Source of the DNA: Klebsormidium nitens
Lineage: Eukaryota; Plantae; Klebsormidiophyceae
Direction of reading: 5' to 3'
Length of the DNA stretch: 64,000 bases
Assembly: GCA_000708835.1 (NCBI GenBank)
Contig: DF237150.1
Coordinates: 84,685-148,684 of the forward strand
Part shown: in pieces, positions 1 to 11,300 of the stretch
How positions within the stretch are numbered: the first letter of the stretch is position 1
Layout of the letters: every line of letters starts with the position of its first letter
Notes under the pieces: model-generated
What the model was told of the DNA's origin: nothing
The model's input: the letters and a program-made list of their open reading frames with translations, nothing else
Database searches by the model: none
Translations under genes and position numbers: made by a program

Positions 1-447
1 CGCGGCGGGCTTACACGGTGTTTTCTTCCGGGAATTATGACAACACGGTTCTCGCCTCATTTACCGTAAAATGTACTTTCTGAAGGTTCTCACTGTGCAC
101 AGTAACGGAGCAGACCAGAATACGACAGCTTGACATCCTGTTTACACGGTCTTATAAGGACGCGATAACGCGAGCGCCTTTTCAATGGCCTCAAGCTGGT
201 TGTGGTTAGACAACAAACGCGAAGAGAGGGTCCGCTTGGTCTAGATGCTTTGCAAAAAGTTGATTTCTCTTTTCGAGGTCAAAAGCTAAAGGGGAAGAAA
301 TGAGCCTCTCAAACTGGAGCAGACCTTCCCAGTTTCGCTTTAGAAACTCTTTTGATTGGACCCCAACCTTGTCTGGCCATCTCTCAATGACTGCAACCGA
401 CAGCTCTGAAGTGCTCTTCGATAACTTCAACACCCTTTTATGTGCAG

Positions 448-591
448 ACGTGTTCACGAGACGGTCGTAACGTGGAAGGCCAGACCGGAACGAGGTTGAA
501 GAAATGCGCCGGCTGTAGGCAAGCCCGTTACTGTTCTAAAGAGTGCCAGAAAGCGGACTTCCCTTCGCATAAAAGTTTTTGCAAGACTTGA
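448..591 (+). CDS. 3' terminal exon of a MYND-type zinc-finger protein (upstream exons not resolved or outside the window)
   Basis: After the acceptor gtgcag the exon reads TCSRDGRNVEGQTGTRLKKCAGCRQARYCSKECQKADFPSHKSFCKT*. This fits the MYND pattern CxxC...YCSxxCQxxDxxxHKxxC, except that the second Cys of the first pair is R. The exon is not in the ORF track. Confidence 0.85.
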   Translation, partial: TCSRDGRNVEGQTGTRLKKCAGCRQARYCSKECQKADFPSHKSFCKT

Positions 592-1738
592 GCACGCCCT
601 GTATAAGTGTGACGCACCTTCTGCAGACTCGTCCAATCGAGATTATTAAAGAGGTGCTCTGAAAACCAGAAACCCTAGACAAAAGGCATTCTAATCAAGC
701 TAAGGCCACACCCATTCTCTTCAGACGTTGCCAGTGAGTACTAGTTGCACCAGATGTCTGTTTGGTTTTACAAATTCAGTCGCAAAGGCAAGTTGCGTTC
801 GCCAGATGTTTGTTCGACGCCCCGTCCGCTCTACTTTTATGGAGGGGACCGCGGAACATTGAAAGACACTGGACGAGTTGCTGATGAGGAACTCGTACGC
901 GTTCTAGCTGCCCGCTCGAAACCTCTGGCACACCTGACACATATAGTTCGTATCACCAAACGCTACTGGCAGCATTCCACGAATTATGATTCCGAGCACG
1001 CAATACTCTGTTGAAGTGGCAGACATGGCTACGCTGAAGCAAGAAAGGCTAGCTGCAAGCGCGGTGATAGAGACCTTCCAATTTTGTGCCGCCTGACATT
1101 ATGGTTGCGGAATGAAAAGCAAGAGGCGGCCCGGCCTTCGTCTCTGGCCTCTTCGATCAATCAACAACTCGCGATCCAAAGTCATGATAATAACCATGTT
1201 TACTTATTTCACCCTACCGTGCAATAGGAGTCGGAAAGCCAGTATCAGTTAGCAGACGTGTCCACGTTATCTGGAGGCCGGGTCATACATGTGTGGCCCC
1301 AGTTTGTCAGTTCGTTCGTCCCCGCAGCTGATGGTGCTGATTGGTCTGAGATTTTTGTTTATGCATGGATGTTATCAAACCCTTCTTCCAGTAGGCTAGC
1401 GCTTCCTTCGCGCAATTCTTAATTGTTTTCTCAACTGATTGTCTGTTCTGCTTAACACATTATAACGCCTCCTCGAGACCGTAAAATTGGAATGTCATTG
1501 AAACTTTGGCCAAATTTGGGCCTTCGAAGCTCGAGGTTCTGCCGTTATCCGGGACACGTGTCGAAATTTAGCCAAACCAAGCGCACGGAGTCGCAATGAC
1601 AATCGTTTCTCCGAGGCGTCAGATCGACTCACCTGCCTAAAGCCTGGAAGATGAAAGAAGCGGTGGTCTGGAGTCGGAGCGTTTTGAGCAGCTGAATGCT
1701 TTCGCCTTCGAGAAGCGAGGGTGCGCAAGGCTGATTAG

Positions 1739-4700
1739 ATGAGGAAATTGTACCAGACTGACTTGCAAACAGCAGGCGCTGCTGATCAAATGGCATGGGG
1801 AAGACCATTGCTGCAGAGGCTGGCCCTGCTGGCTCTCTGTTTTTTTGCAGACCTGTTTCTAGCCTTTCTTCTTGGCAGCGAAGCTTGGCCTATCCCGATG
1901 CTCCTCGTTTACAAGGTTCTTAGCATGTTGGACCTGCAAGTCGACCAGAACATTCTGCACGTTGTAGATTGGTACCTGTACGGGCAAGCCGTGGCGACAC
2001 TTCTTTTCGCTCTCTGTTGGCTGCGCATGGCACTGTTGCTCGTCTTCATCGTTCCATTCTCTCGCTTCGTAAAAGGCAAACTTTGGCGCGTAGTCATAGG
2101 AGCAGTGGGCTTCTTCTACCTAGGAAACACAGGCGAGCGCACGAGCTTCATGACCAAGTGGATCGCCTTAGGACTACAACACAAGGGTCGCTTCGACCCT
2201 GCTCTCCTTGGCACGCTGCTGGTTCGCTTGTGTGCATGCCGCATCAAGAAAGCCAAGCCAGTCCTGACTCCTCTTGCAATATCTGCTTGGGTCTGCTCGG
2301 TGCTCCATCTGTTCGCTAAGGGGTACATAAGCACAGGCATTTGGGGAGACAGGTGAGGACGAGCTGCTTTGCAAGAAGTGGCAAGGAAACTCGGCGGTGC
2401 TGAAAAAGAGTCTCCTTCTGGACGCTCCCTGCCCTGAAGCATATAGCAGAGACGTCACACAGCAGCTTTGACAGTCCCTATTATTGTCTCTTGTTATTAT
2501 AGTATCATCCGAATGGCTCTTGTGATAACCACGGTTACCTAGCAAACTCGCTCAGCGAAGTTACCGGCAGGAGGTTAAAACCAAGGGAATTTTACAAAAA
2601 GAAGTGAAGACAATCGCAGAATGCCCTCTTCTTGAAGATTGGGCCGACGTAAGGCCTGGCTTACAGTTGCTTTAAGTCAGGACCTGTCTGCTTTTGGGAT
2701 GCATCTTCAATGCAGTGTATCGATACTGATCAATTGCGTCTTTCTTCGGTTATCTTCCATGAAAGTTTTCTAAGATAGCTGCCTCTTTCCACGGTGTGCG
2801 CACTCAACATACTGGTTCAACCTACCTGCGACAGTGTGAAGCTACTCTTCAAAGTCCTCTTTCTGGCAGTTTCCCAAAAACTAGAGCGTTTCTTAAAAGC
2901 ATGAATCTCTGCTTGAGGATTATACGTTCTTTTGTAGTACCCGTAGCAGTCGCTTGTCTTCGGTCAATCGAACTGAGTGACGAAAATAGGAGAAGTTTTC
3001 ATTCTACAAATAATGTCGTCCTCGCTTTCGGCAAATCAGGCACCCTTCTCAGACACGACAGGATAAGAAGGTAAACTGAACATGAAGTTGGTAATGCAGG
3101 CAACTCAGGCTCGCTGGTGAATTCCTTTGGACGAGTCTCACATTCGCTCGGCTGTACTCCATAACGATGGGCACGGTCATCGACCTCGCCTGCGTCTGGC
3201 CCAACGGCCGCACTTGGATTGCAGAAAGAGTGGAGCAGGAGAAGCGTAAGGTTGCTGAAAATCACTTGGACTGGTGAGCAGAGTAGTCCTGTAACTCGGA
3301 TCAAGGTCCGTACAAAGCTAACAGAATATGCTTGAGTCAATGCCTCCTTTTACTTGTTGAAAGTAGCTGCCCCGAACTGGACGCAATTGAATTCAAAATG
3401 AGTCGGTGAACGAGACTTTCCTAAGGACCAGTGCTACGTGTTCAGTGTGCCAGGATGTGAGAAGCGTCGATCCTTAGCCTGCTTTAGGGTCTCCTCCCCT
3501 AATGACGGCAGTAATTGTCTTCATGTGAACCTGGACCCATAATCTTCGACGTCAATACCCCTTGAAAGATTGGTGTCTTGAATTGCTCCGTAAAGGGGAC
3601 TGTTCGCTTAACCTGCATCGGTTGTCAAAGGAGGATCTCAGACACCTTTTGAAGAATGAAGGGTCGCATGAAGCGGAAATGTTCTTAAAATTCTCTCATC
3701 CGTTCGAAGTTGTTCGAGAGTTCGGTCAGTCTTCTCCACCGTTGCGTCCAGCTACGTTCGGGCTGATAGAACCGGCCAAGCCCCCTGTTTCGAGCACAAG
3801 GCCGACGACACCGCCGACTTGGAGTTCTTATGCTCAGTACGGGTTCCTTTGGAATTGTTCCCGACGCACTCCATCAAAGAAGCCTTGATAGCCGCCGCAC
3901 TTGGGGGCGAAGTCATCAGCGGTACACCAATCAACAAGGAGACGGCAGTAGAGGCGTTAGCACATCTGAGCTTCTTGAAGAGTCTCGATCTGAAATCATC
4001 AGAGCGCTCGTGTCTGGCTCGTCAGCTCGTAAAGCAGTGTCGGGGCACCGTTGAGAAGCGACACGTGGCGGCTGCGAAAACAGTCAACGTGGACGAGCTG
4101 AAGGTGGGCCTCGAAGGCCTGGCGAATCTGGCAAGAGACGACCCGGGTAAGGGCTTGCATGCTCGAAACAGCCTCTTAAGATGCTGCTGAAAGTGTTGCT
4201 CATCGATTATCTACAAGGAAGATGGTCGAGGCGTTCTACTGTTCTGCTGAGACCTCTAATTCGAACTTTTGCTATTTTTTGAGCAGCCGAGATCATTAGA
4301 TCAAAGCGCTGTCAAAGGCTGGTTGAACGGATGCCGTTTTCCAAATCAAGCAAGCTTTAGAAGCGCTCAGAATGCCCATTGAGTCTCCAAGCTTTTTCTA
4401 CTCGTGCATTGGTGAAACCTCGCTTGACTGAATGAGTCTCAAAAGATGGGTATCGGATGATTATGAGCTGCTTCTCGAAGGTTCCTCTCAAGAGATGACG
4501 AGCGGACATTCGAGCCCGCGAACAGCTTACAGGAACTCAAAATAATCTTCGGTCGTGCAGTCATTGGCTCGCTCCTGAAAAGCGAGCGCCTCTTCTCCAT
4601 CCTCGCGCGTATCGCAGACCCGCCCGCGCCTCTTGCGGCCAGCTTATTGAAGGAGGCCGGCAAGGAAGTCCAGGACTTCGAGGAGATCTTCGAGAAAAGT

Positions 4701-6910
4701 GACACCGGGTATGCAGAGAGGGACCTTCCGAAAAGACGCCAAGAGCTTAGGGAGTCTACAGATTGGAGGCCGGCTCGCAACCAGATTCAGACAAGGATGA
4801 TTCATCTGGCTGAGTTGCCCTCAGAGTTTCAGAGGCGTTCAACGGTCAACTTCATACGTGACTCGGAGATATCGGCGCGCTTAGCGCTTCTACTGACCTG
4901 GCACACGTTTTGCAATAAACACGTGGCGTTTCAACCGCCGGGGCATGCGGCCACGTCATACTGCGACCCAAGGTTCTGGCTCGGGGTGTGGTACCGGTTG
5001 CTTACAGCAGCACTGCGCCTCATCAGCAGTCTGAGCACAGAATCCTCTAACCATGAGTGGCTGCTGGAGCAAGGGGCGCTGCAAGCCGTGAAGCAGAGTC
5101 TTCAGTTCCTGCCGGCGGACAGAATGCGGAGCGGGCACCAAGAGGCGGCGCTCTTCGTCTACCGGCTATTCGAGAACCGCGCGTAAGCAACCGCCGCTTG
5201 CTTTACCCGGATCTGCAAGTCCCTCAAAAATTCTTCGAAGATCCTCATTCGGGTTTCACGTCGGGGGACAGGTCCTGGTGTGTGACGTGAAGACAATTGC
5301 ACAGCGACTCTTATGGTCTGCTTCTTTAGCAAACGAGTATCGATCATGTGTGCTTTTGCGCACGAACTTTGTTCCAGATGCTCTGATCAGGCCAACAAAT
5401 TCGCTGACTTTGAAACGGCTCGATTGGCACACCTGGGTTATGTTCATGAGAAAAAGTCTTCTTGCTCATCCTTCTGCAGATTGCTGGTACTTCCAAAGAG
5501 GTGATACTTTCTGGAGTCACGAAGCCCAAAGATGATCAACTTCATCACCCACTCCTCCCTGACCCATTTTGTTTCTGCTTGAATCCGCAGGGTTCATAGG
5601 ATCATCAGCGGATCTTCACTTTTCACGGGGCTTCTTTGCGAGATCGTGGCCAAGCTTGTCTCATCGACAGCGATCTTTTCGGCGAAGGTTGGGGGCAGCG
5701 GATAGGGAGTCAGCTGTTCCAAAAGCTTCTCCAGGCAGCGGAGGGTAAGACATGACAAAGACAGAAGTGAGAAGCCGAGTGCAAACCGCATGCAGTCAAC
5801 ATAGAGCCTCGTAGCTGGGCATGAGGAGATTGTGAAACTCGGTTAGGCAGATAGCAGATACGAACCGAGTCTCCAGCACTCGAGAGGCTTAGGATTGAAT
5901 CAGCTTCGTGGGGATTGGCACCTTAACCAAGTTTGGAATTTGTCAACGGTACCTGAACAACACACGTGGCGACTGCGTCAAAGCCCAACGGAAGAACTCT
6001 CAGCTCGTTTTCACATCCTTCCGAACATTACAGTACACATCTGCGAGCTTTTGCTGTTCAGGTCGTCACAGCTTGGAGGATCTCAGTACTACCCGAATAT
6101 TTTCTTTTTGTGAGAAGGCTCCGTTCTCCAGGAATGATCTAGGGAGCTTCTTGACTGATACTCCTTTCTTGTCAGATACGGACGCCGGATGTGCGCCGGA
6201 AGCCGCCTCTAGCTCACCGCCTTCCCCGATTGCCAGCCCGGCGAGCGATGCTCGGCAAAGGAAAGCCAGCCGGCGAAAGGTACGAGCGCGAAGCTGTCTA
6301 CTACCATCAACTGATCAATGCATATACTGCCAAATGAGACGATTCGGTTTTCGAGGTCTTCGACCGTCTTTCATTTCTGAGACTTCTTGCACGGCGCATT
6401 GTTGCGGACTAGGTTTCGTAGCTGGACATCCTGTGCGAAAAAGATCAAAAGGAAAAGTATGCTTTATTACGCGACAGATTGCGAGCGCGCTCAAGTATTC
6501 CAGCTTGATATGATTGTTTCGGCCTAAAGATCGGAGGGGTCTGCTGGCTACAGATGCTCCAAAAATGGCAGTCAAATCGCCTATTCTGGTACAATCTTTG
6601 ACGACTGAAGGACGTTCTCCAGAAGCAGAAGTTCTCTAGACTTCGACTTAGAGACTTTTCCAAACTCATGAACCCAGTTTGCTCGCTCATTGGCCAGCTC
6701 TCGTTCAACTAGAGCGGACGGATCCCAGCCGCTCTCTATTAAGGGGTCGGTTCTTCCTTCGTGCAGACGTGTGCACGAGACGGCTGCAACGTGGAGGGTG
6801 AATCGGACGCAAAGTTGAAGATCTGTGCAGGCTGTAGAAAGGCTCGCTACTGCTCAAGAGAGTGCCAAAAAGCGGACTACCCTAACCATAAAATCGTTTG
6901 CAAGCCGTAA
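1739..6910 (+). CDS. Multi-exon protein: N-terminal hydrophobic multi-TM segment, helical (ARM-like?) middle, C-terminal MYND zinc finger; one 1-bp frameshift
   Basis: Exons with matching phases: 1739-2352, 3100-3273, 3752-4146, 4561-5182, 5591-5744, 6176-6279, 6767-6910. The last exon is TCARDGCNVEGESDAKLKICAGCRKARYCSRECQKADYPNHKIVCKP*. Exon 5591-5744 reads as protein (VHRIISGSSLFTGLLCEIVAKL...GEGWGQRIGSQLFQKLLQAAE) only if one base is added in the T run at 5676-5679. The start codon and the exon1-exon2 join are the least certain parts. Confidence 0.65.
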
Positions 6911-7149
6911 GCGAGCAGCAGTCACTATATCAAGCAAGCTACATATTAACATGTAAACTTTTAGCCATGCACATAAGGCAACGAACAGGTAGACATTCAG
7001 CCGGGTCTTCATTGTACCTTCCACCGACGGCACATTCAACACGTATGCGACGTGCCCGAAATAGAGTAACTCACAGTGCTAGAAAGAACAAAAGCTTGAA
7101 AAGACCTTGTACAGTCACATCGTGATGAAAAGACAAAACGCTCTCATAT

Positions 7150-7700
7150 GGTGTTTCTTCTCAGAGGAAGTCGACGACTTAGGTTTCAAACCACCGGTCC
7201 GGTGCACCGAGAGATAGCAAGAGGAACACCCGATCACATGGTGTACTTGAATCAGCTGGGAGCAAACAGGCCATGGAGTGACCATGAAAAGTATACAGAT
7301 CTTGATCCGCGAACAAGATTATCAATTGTAGGCTGGTTGTGGAGCCACATACCCTACTTCATGAGCAGGTATACAAACCGTTCTACGGAGTGCCCCAAGT
7401 GCGCCTCGATTGCCATCATATCTTCCACAATTGCTTGCCAGAAGTGAGACACTGGCACGACCGTCAAGCACGTGTTCCAATTCTATTGTGGACTCCACTT
7501 GAAGTGTTCATGGTTCATGACACGTTGACATGCATCAAAAGGCCGGCTTGCAGTGCATGTATCACCGGACTTAGTATAGCTCAGCTGGAACCCGGCCCTC
7601 GCGCTATGGTGGCGACGGTCTGCTTCACTAGCTGCTATGCTAAACGTTGCAGCAATGATGGCATGCTTGAATCTAATTCATTGCGTTATCGATCCGCGGA
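7150..7700 (-). mobile_element. Highly decayed Ty3/Gypsy-type integrase remnant
   Basis: A minus-strand translation with several stops gives FDACQRVM (zinc-finger CxxCQR-like) and LTVVPVSHFWQAIVEDMM (cf. LxPLPVP..W..IxMDF). It also gives LHNQPTIDNLVRGSRSVYFSW, which aligns without gaps to the Gypsy consensus LHGVPKSIVSDRGSQFTSHFW at L, H, P, R, G, S and W. Confidence 0.45.
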
Positions 7701-8371
7701 CTGAGTGACATTATATGGTACGGTAGTACCATTCTGATTCGGGCGGAGTTCATAAAAAGTCGGTCAGCCGCGCGGCCATTCATGGGAACGTGCAACTTCG
7801 TTATGGCCTAGCTCGACATACTTAGCTTTGATCCAATAAGAGCTATGTATAGCCCAAGGATTTACCGTCCCGCTAGTTGGGCTCTGGCCCGCTTGACGTG
7901 CATGTGTATGTGCAAGTAACACGTTGAGAGGAGCTGCTTGACGATGGAGCTTCGAGGCTTTTGAAAGCACGAGGGTGCGCTGAGTTCTAATGGCGCCAAG
8001 AACGGCAATGCTAGGCGTGGCAGGATCAGGCATGTTTCCCTCTGACATCAATGTACAATACAGCGCTGAACTTAGGGTATATCGCCAATACGAGATTTTC
8101 GTGCGAGTTACAGCTTATAGCACGGACGGCATGTCTGAGAAGCATCCGCTCGCTGATGGAGGCTGAGCTATATCAGCTCGCAAGAAAATACAACCGTCCA
8201 CGAAAGCAGCTGTAAGATCCTGTCAACAGGACTTCAACGCAGTGTTTTGATACACTGAAATTACTCAACCTCACTTTCCAATCACCTTGGGCCACACAGC
8301 CCGCAAACACTCGCTGCAAGAACGCAAAGATCCAGTCTCTACTGGCCCTACCAAGATGTGACGCTGGAATG

Positions 8372-11300
8372 TTAGATATAGAAGTCACCTTGTCTACTAC
8401 CTGCTTTCAAGTCCTTCAACTTTTTCAAGATCTGACCGTAGTACTCTTGGAGATACCTGGAAGCAAGAAAGAAGGGTCAGCTCTGAAGCAATGGTCCGAA
8501 GCCTCTTGAGAAGCATATGACAACTCGGTTCAGATATCAAATGGCACTCGACCAATCAATCAATACGAGGCCTGAGCTTCGTCGCCCAATCACAACCACA
8601 GCAAAGGCAAGCGGCAGGAAACCAAGGAGAAATCTGATGATAGGCGAGGAGCTACAATCCCTGAGAGGGTTGGCTCACTTTTCTAGAGTGGTCGTCTCGA
8701 GTGGGTCGACTCCTAGGGCCTTGAATGTCTCGGTCATCGGGGCCGAGAAGACGGTATCACTCGTCAATACCTGCGCCAACAAAGTCTGTTCAGCTGCTTC
8801 CTTAATAGCAGCCTCTACAGCGCCCGACGAGTAAGCCCGACCTTCTTGTGTCACCCCAGCGGGTCTTAGAGCGTGACTACGCCGTCGACGTGGCCAGAAC
8901 TGCTCCGAGGCCCTGCTCAGCGCCAATCGGGACGATCAAAACGAACTGTGTTGGACTCTGGGAGAACCATCTACTTTCATCCGCCGCTGAGCAGCTTAGA
9001 TTGCCAGCCATGCAGATGCTCAACCTGAAAATATTCTCTCAAACCTGGTCGGTCGATGGCTTCCGAAGCAGCCGCCAGACAAGCTACAAAACAACCACAA
9101 CAGCAGCGTCCACAACAGCAACGTGCGGTCTACTACGTGTTTGGATCCCTGTATGCATATCCGGTCTGCTGATGAGAACGACATATGTCATTTAAGTGGA
9201 CAGAGCCCCGCTCCATCCTGCCCCGATCTCGTGGTGTTTGAAGCGCCCTTACCAGCAGAACGGACTCACTTCGTCAAATAGCCCGGTTTCCCTATTCCGC
9301 AAGTCCATTCTTGTTGCATAAAGCCCACACCTCAACAGCAGGCCAGAACTACCAATGCTCTACTCCTCAACTTCCTTCGGAAGCATGAAACACTTCCCAA
9401 CCGCCATGAGATCAAGCAACGTGGCGCAACATCGAGACAAATAAAGTGTGGCGGTCCGTACCTCTGAGAAGGCAAGCCGGTCCGCCGCGTCGGTGGTCCA
9501 CTGGAAGAGGCGCGTGATCGCGCGCGTCACCCGCAGGATCCCCAGCGGCACCGTTGTCACCTTCGCATCCTGCCCGGCGAACCGCTCGCACAGCGCAATG
9601 ATCTGCAGAGGGTCGGATTTTATCTAGCTTGACCATTCCTTATTTCGTATACCAACATGCGAAAGAACGGAGGGCAATTTCTTATGAACAATCTTGGCGT
9701 CCTGCCCCAGGCGAGCAGCTCACACGGCGTGATGATCTGCACGAAGGGCAATGTTGCTTTGCAGCTCGTCTTCTTCCTTCAAAGGACCGTAATGATGCAT
9801 TCAACTGAGCGTTACATTTGATTATGCACAAACTTCCGGCGTTGAGCTCACACAGCGCGCTACTCTCCACGAAACCTGGTATTCCTGTCAATCGTGAGAT
9901 TTCGTTCTCCTAATACCCTTTTCGTCAGCTCGAGCAAGTGACTATTCACAATGATTCCATTCCATTGATGAGAATGGAAAGCGTCACCCGACGATGTCTC
10001 TGAAACACAGCCGCAAAAGTCCCGACGACCATCCGATTCAATATACACCGATCACCAAAAGCCTGAAGCCCCGGAACTCAGAGCACCCTGAAAATGGGAG
10101 CGCTTACCTCCTGGGTGGTGAAGGCGCGGGGCCCTGCTAGCGTGGCAACCTGCTTCTCGAACTTCTCGGATCGAAGCGCAGCGAGCGTCCACTTGGCAAC
10201 ATCCTGCACGATAAGAGATTGCAAACCGTTGGTGCACTTATCTTGCGCATGCTCGCCCTGGCAAGGCCGCTTCTTCCAGAAAAGAGAATCTGTGGGGTAC
10301 CGGACAAAGAAGAAAGTGCAGAATCTCATGAAGACAGGTGCAACGGCTGTTTACTAATGTAGAGAACCAAGATGTCCGTTGAATCGACGAAGCATTCATG
10401 CCTTGCCTTCCCGTTCATCAGCCAACTCTGTGACAGGAGGTTTACCTGAGCGTCTGTGTACGCAATTCTAGTAGGAGCGTCTGTGCCCCACACAGCCTTC
10501 TCCTCGAGAACTGGCACGGCATACTGGCTGATCAGGCCCTGGAAGATGCAAGATATAAAACGTGTCAGCTAAACAGCTTTCTGCGATGGCGTTGGGCTAT
10601 TTTTATTTGTCGACGTTGTTGCAGGTGAGCATTCAAGTTACAAAATTGTGCAGGATTTACTCCGCCTTTGGTTGAGATCGCAGATCGAAAGGAAGCTGAA
10701 TGAAAGATGTCCCGAACTTGGATTCAAAATAGAACCAACGGAGCTGACCAAACCCAAATGACGATTGTAAAGTCACAGCTGCGAGATGCCTTCTTGCCGT
10801 TTGACGAGTGAGTTGCAGAATCGAGACTTTCAATCTCTGTACAAGCACGTCAAAGTTGCTGTTGTCCTTGAGCAGCGCATCTTCTACCAAGTCCAGCTGA
10901 ATAACTGCTGGGAATCTTCAACTCTAGCAAACCGGGGGAGGAACGTAAGCCCGGCTTACGCTTATCATCACTCACGAAAAATCAGGTCCGCAAGCAGACC
11001 CCTGTCCATTGATGGGTAGCACCAAGCATAGACAGCAACAAGGGCAACAGCTAAGCCAGTTTCTCATTTTTCCATCATTCTCCAATCCCTACCTGCATGA
11101 AACCGCAGAGGCGGAGGACGGTGTAGTCGAGGCCCGAGTCCGCGAGGTAGGCCTCGGTGCAGCGCTTGATCTCCATGAGCGGCACCTCGGGGTGCTTGTC
11201 GCAGTTGTGGATGGAGAAGAACACGTACCGCTGGATGCCCAACGCCTTGGCGCACTGGATCAGGGCGACCTTGCCATCCCAGTCCACCTGGAAAAAGAAG

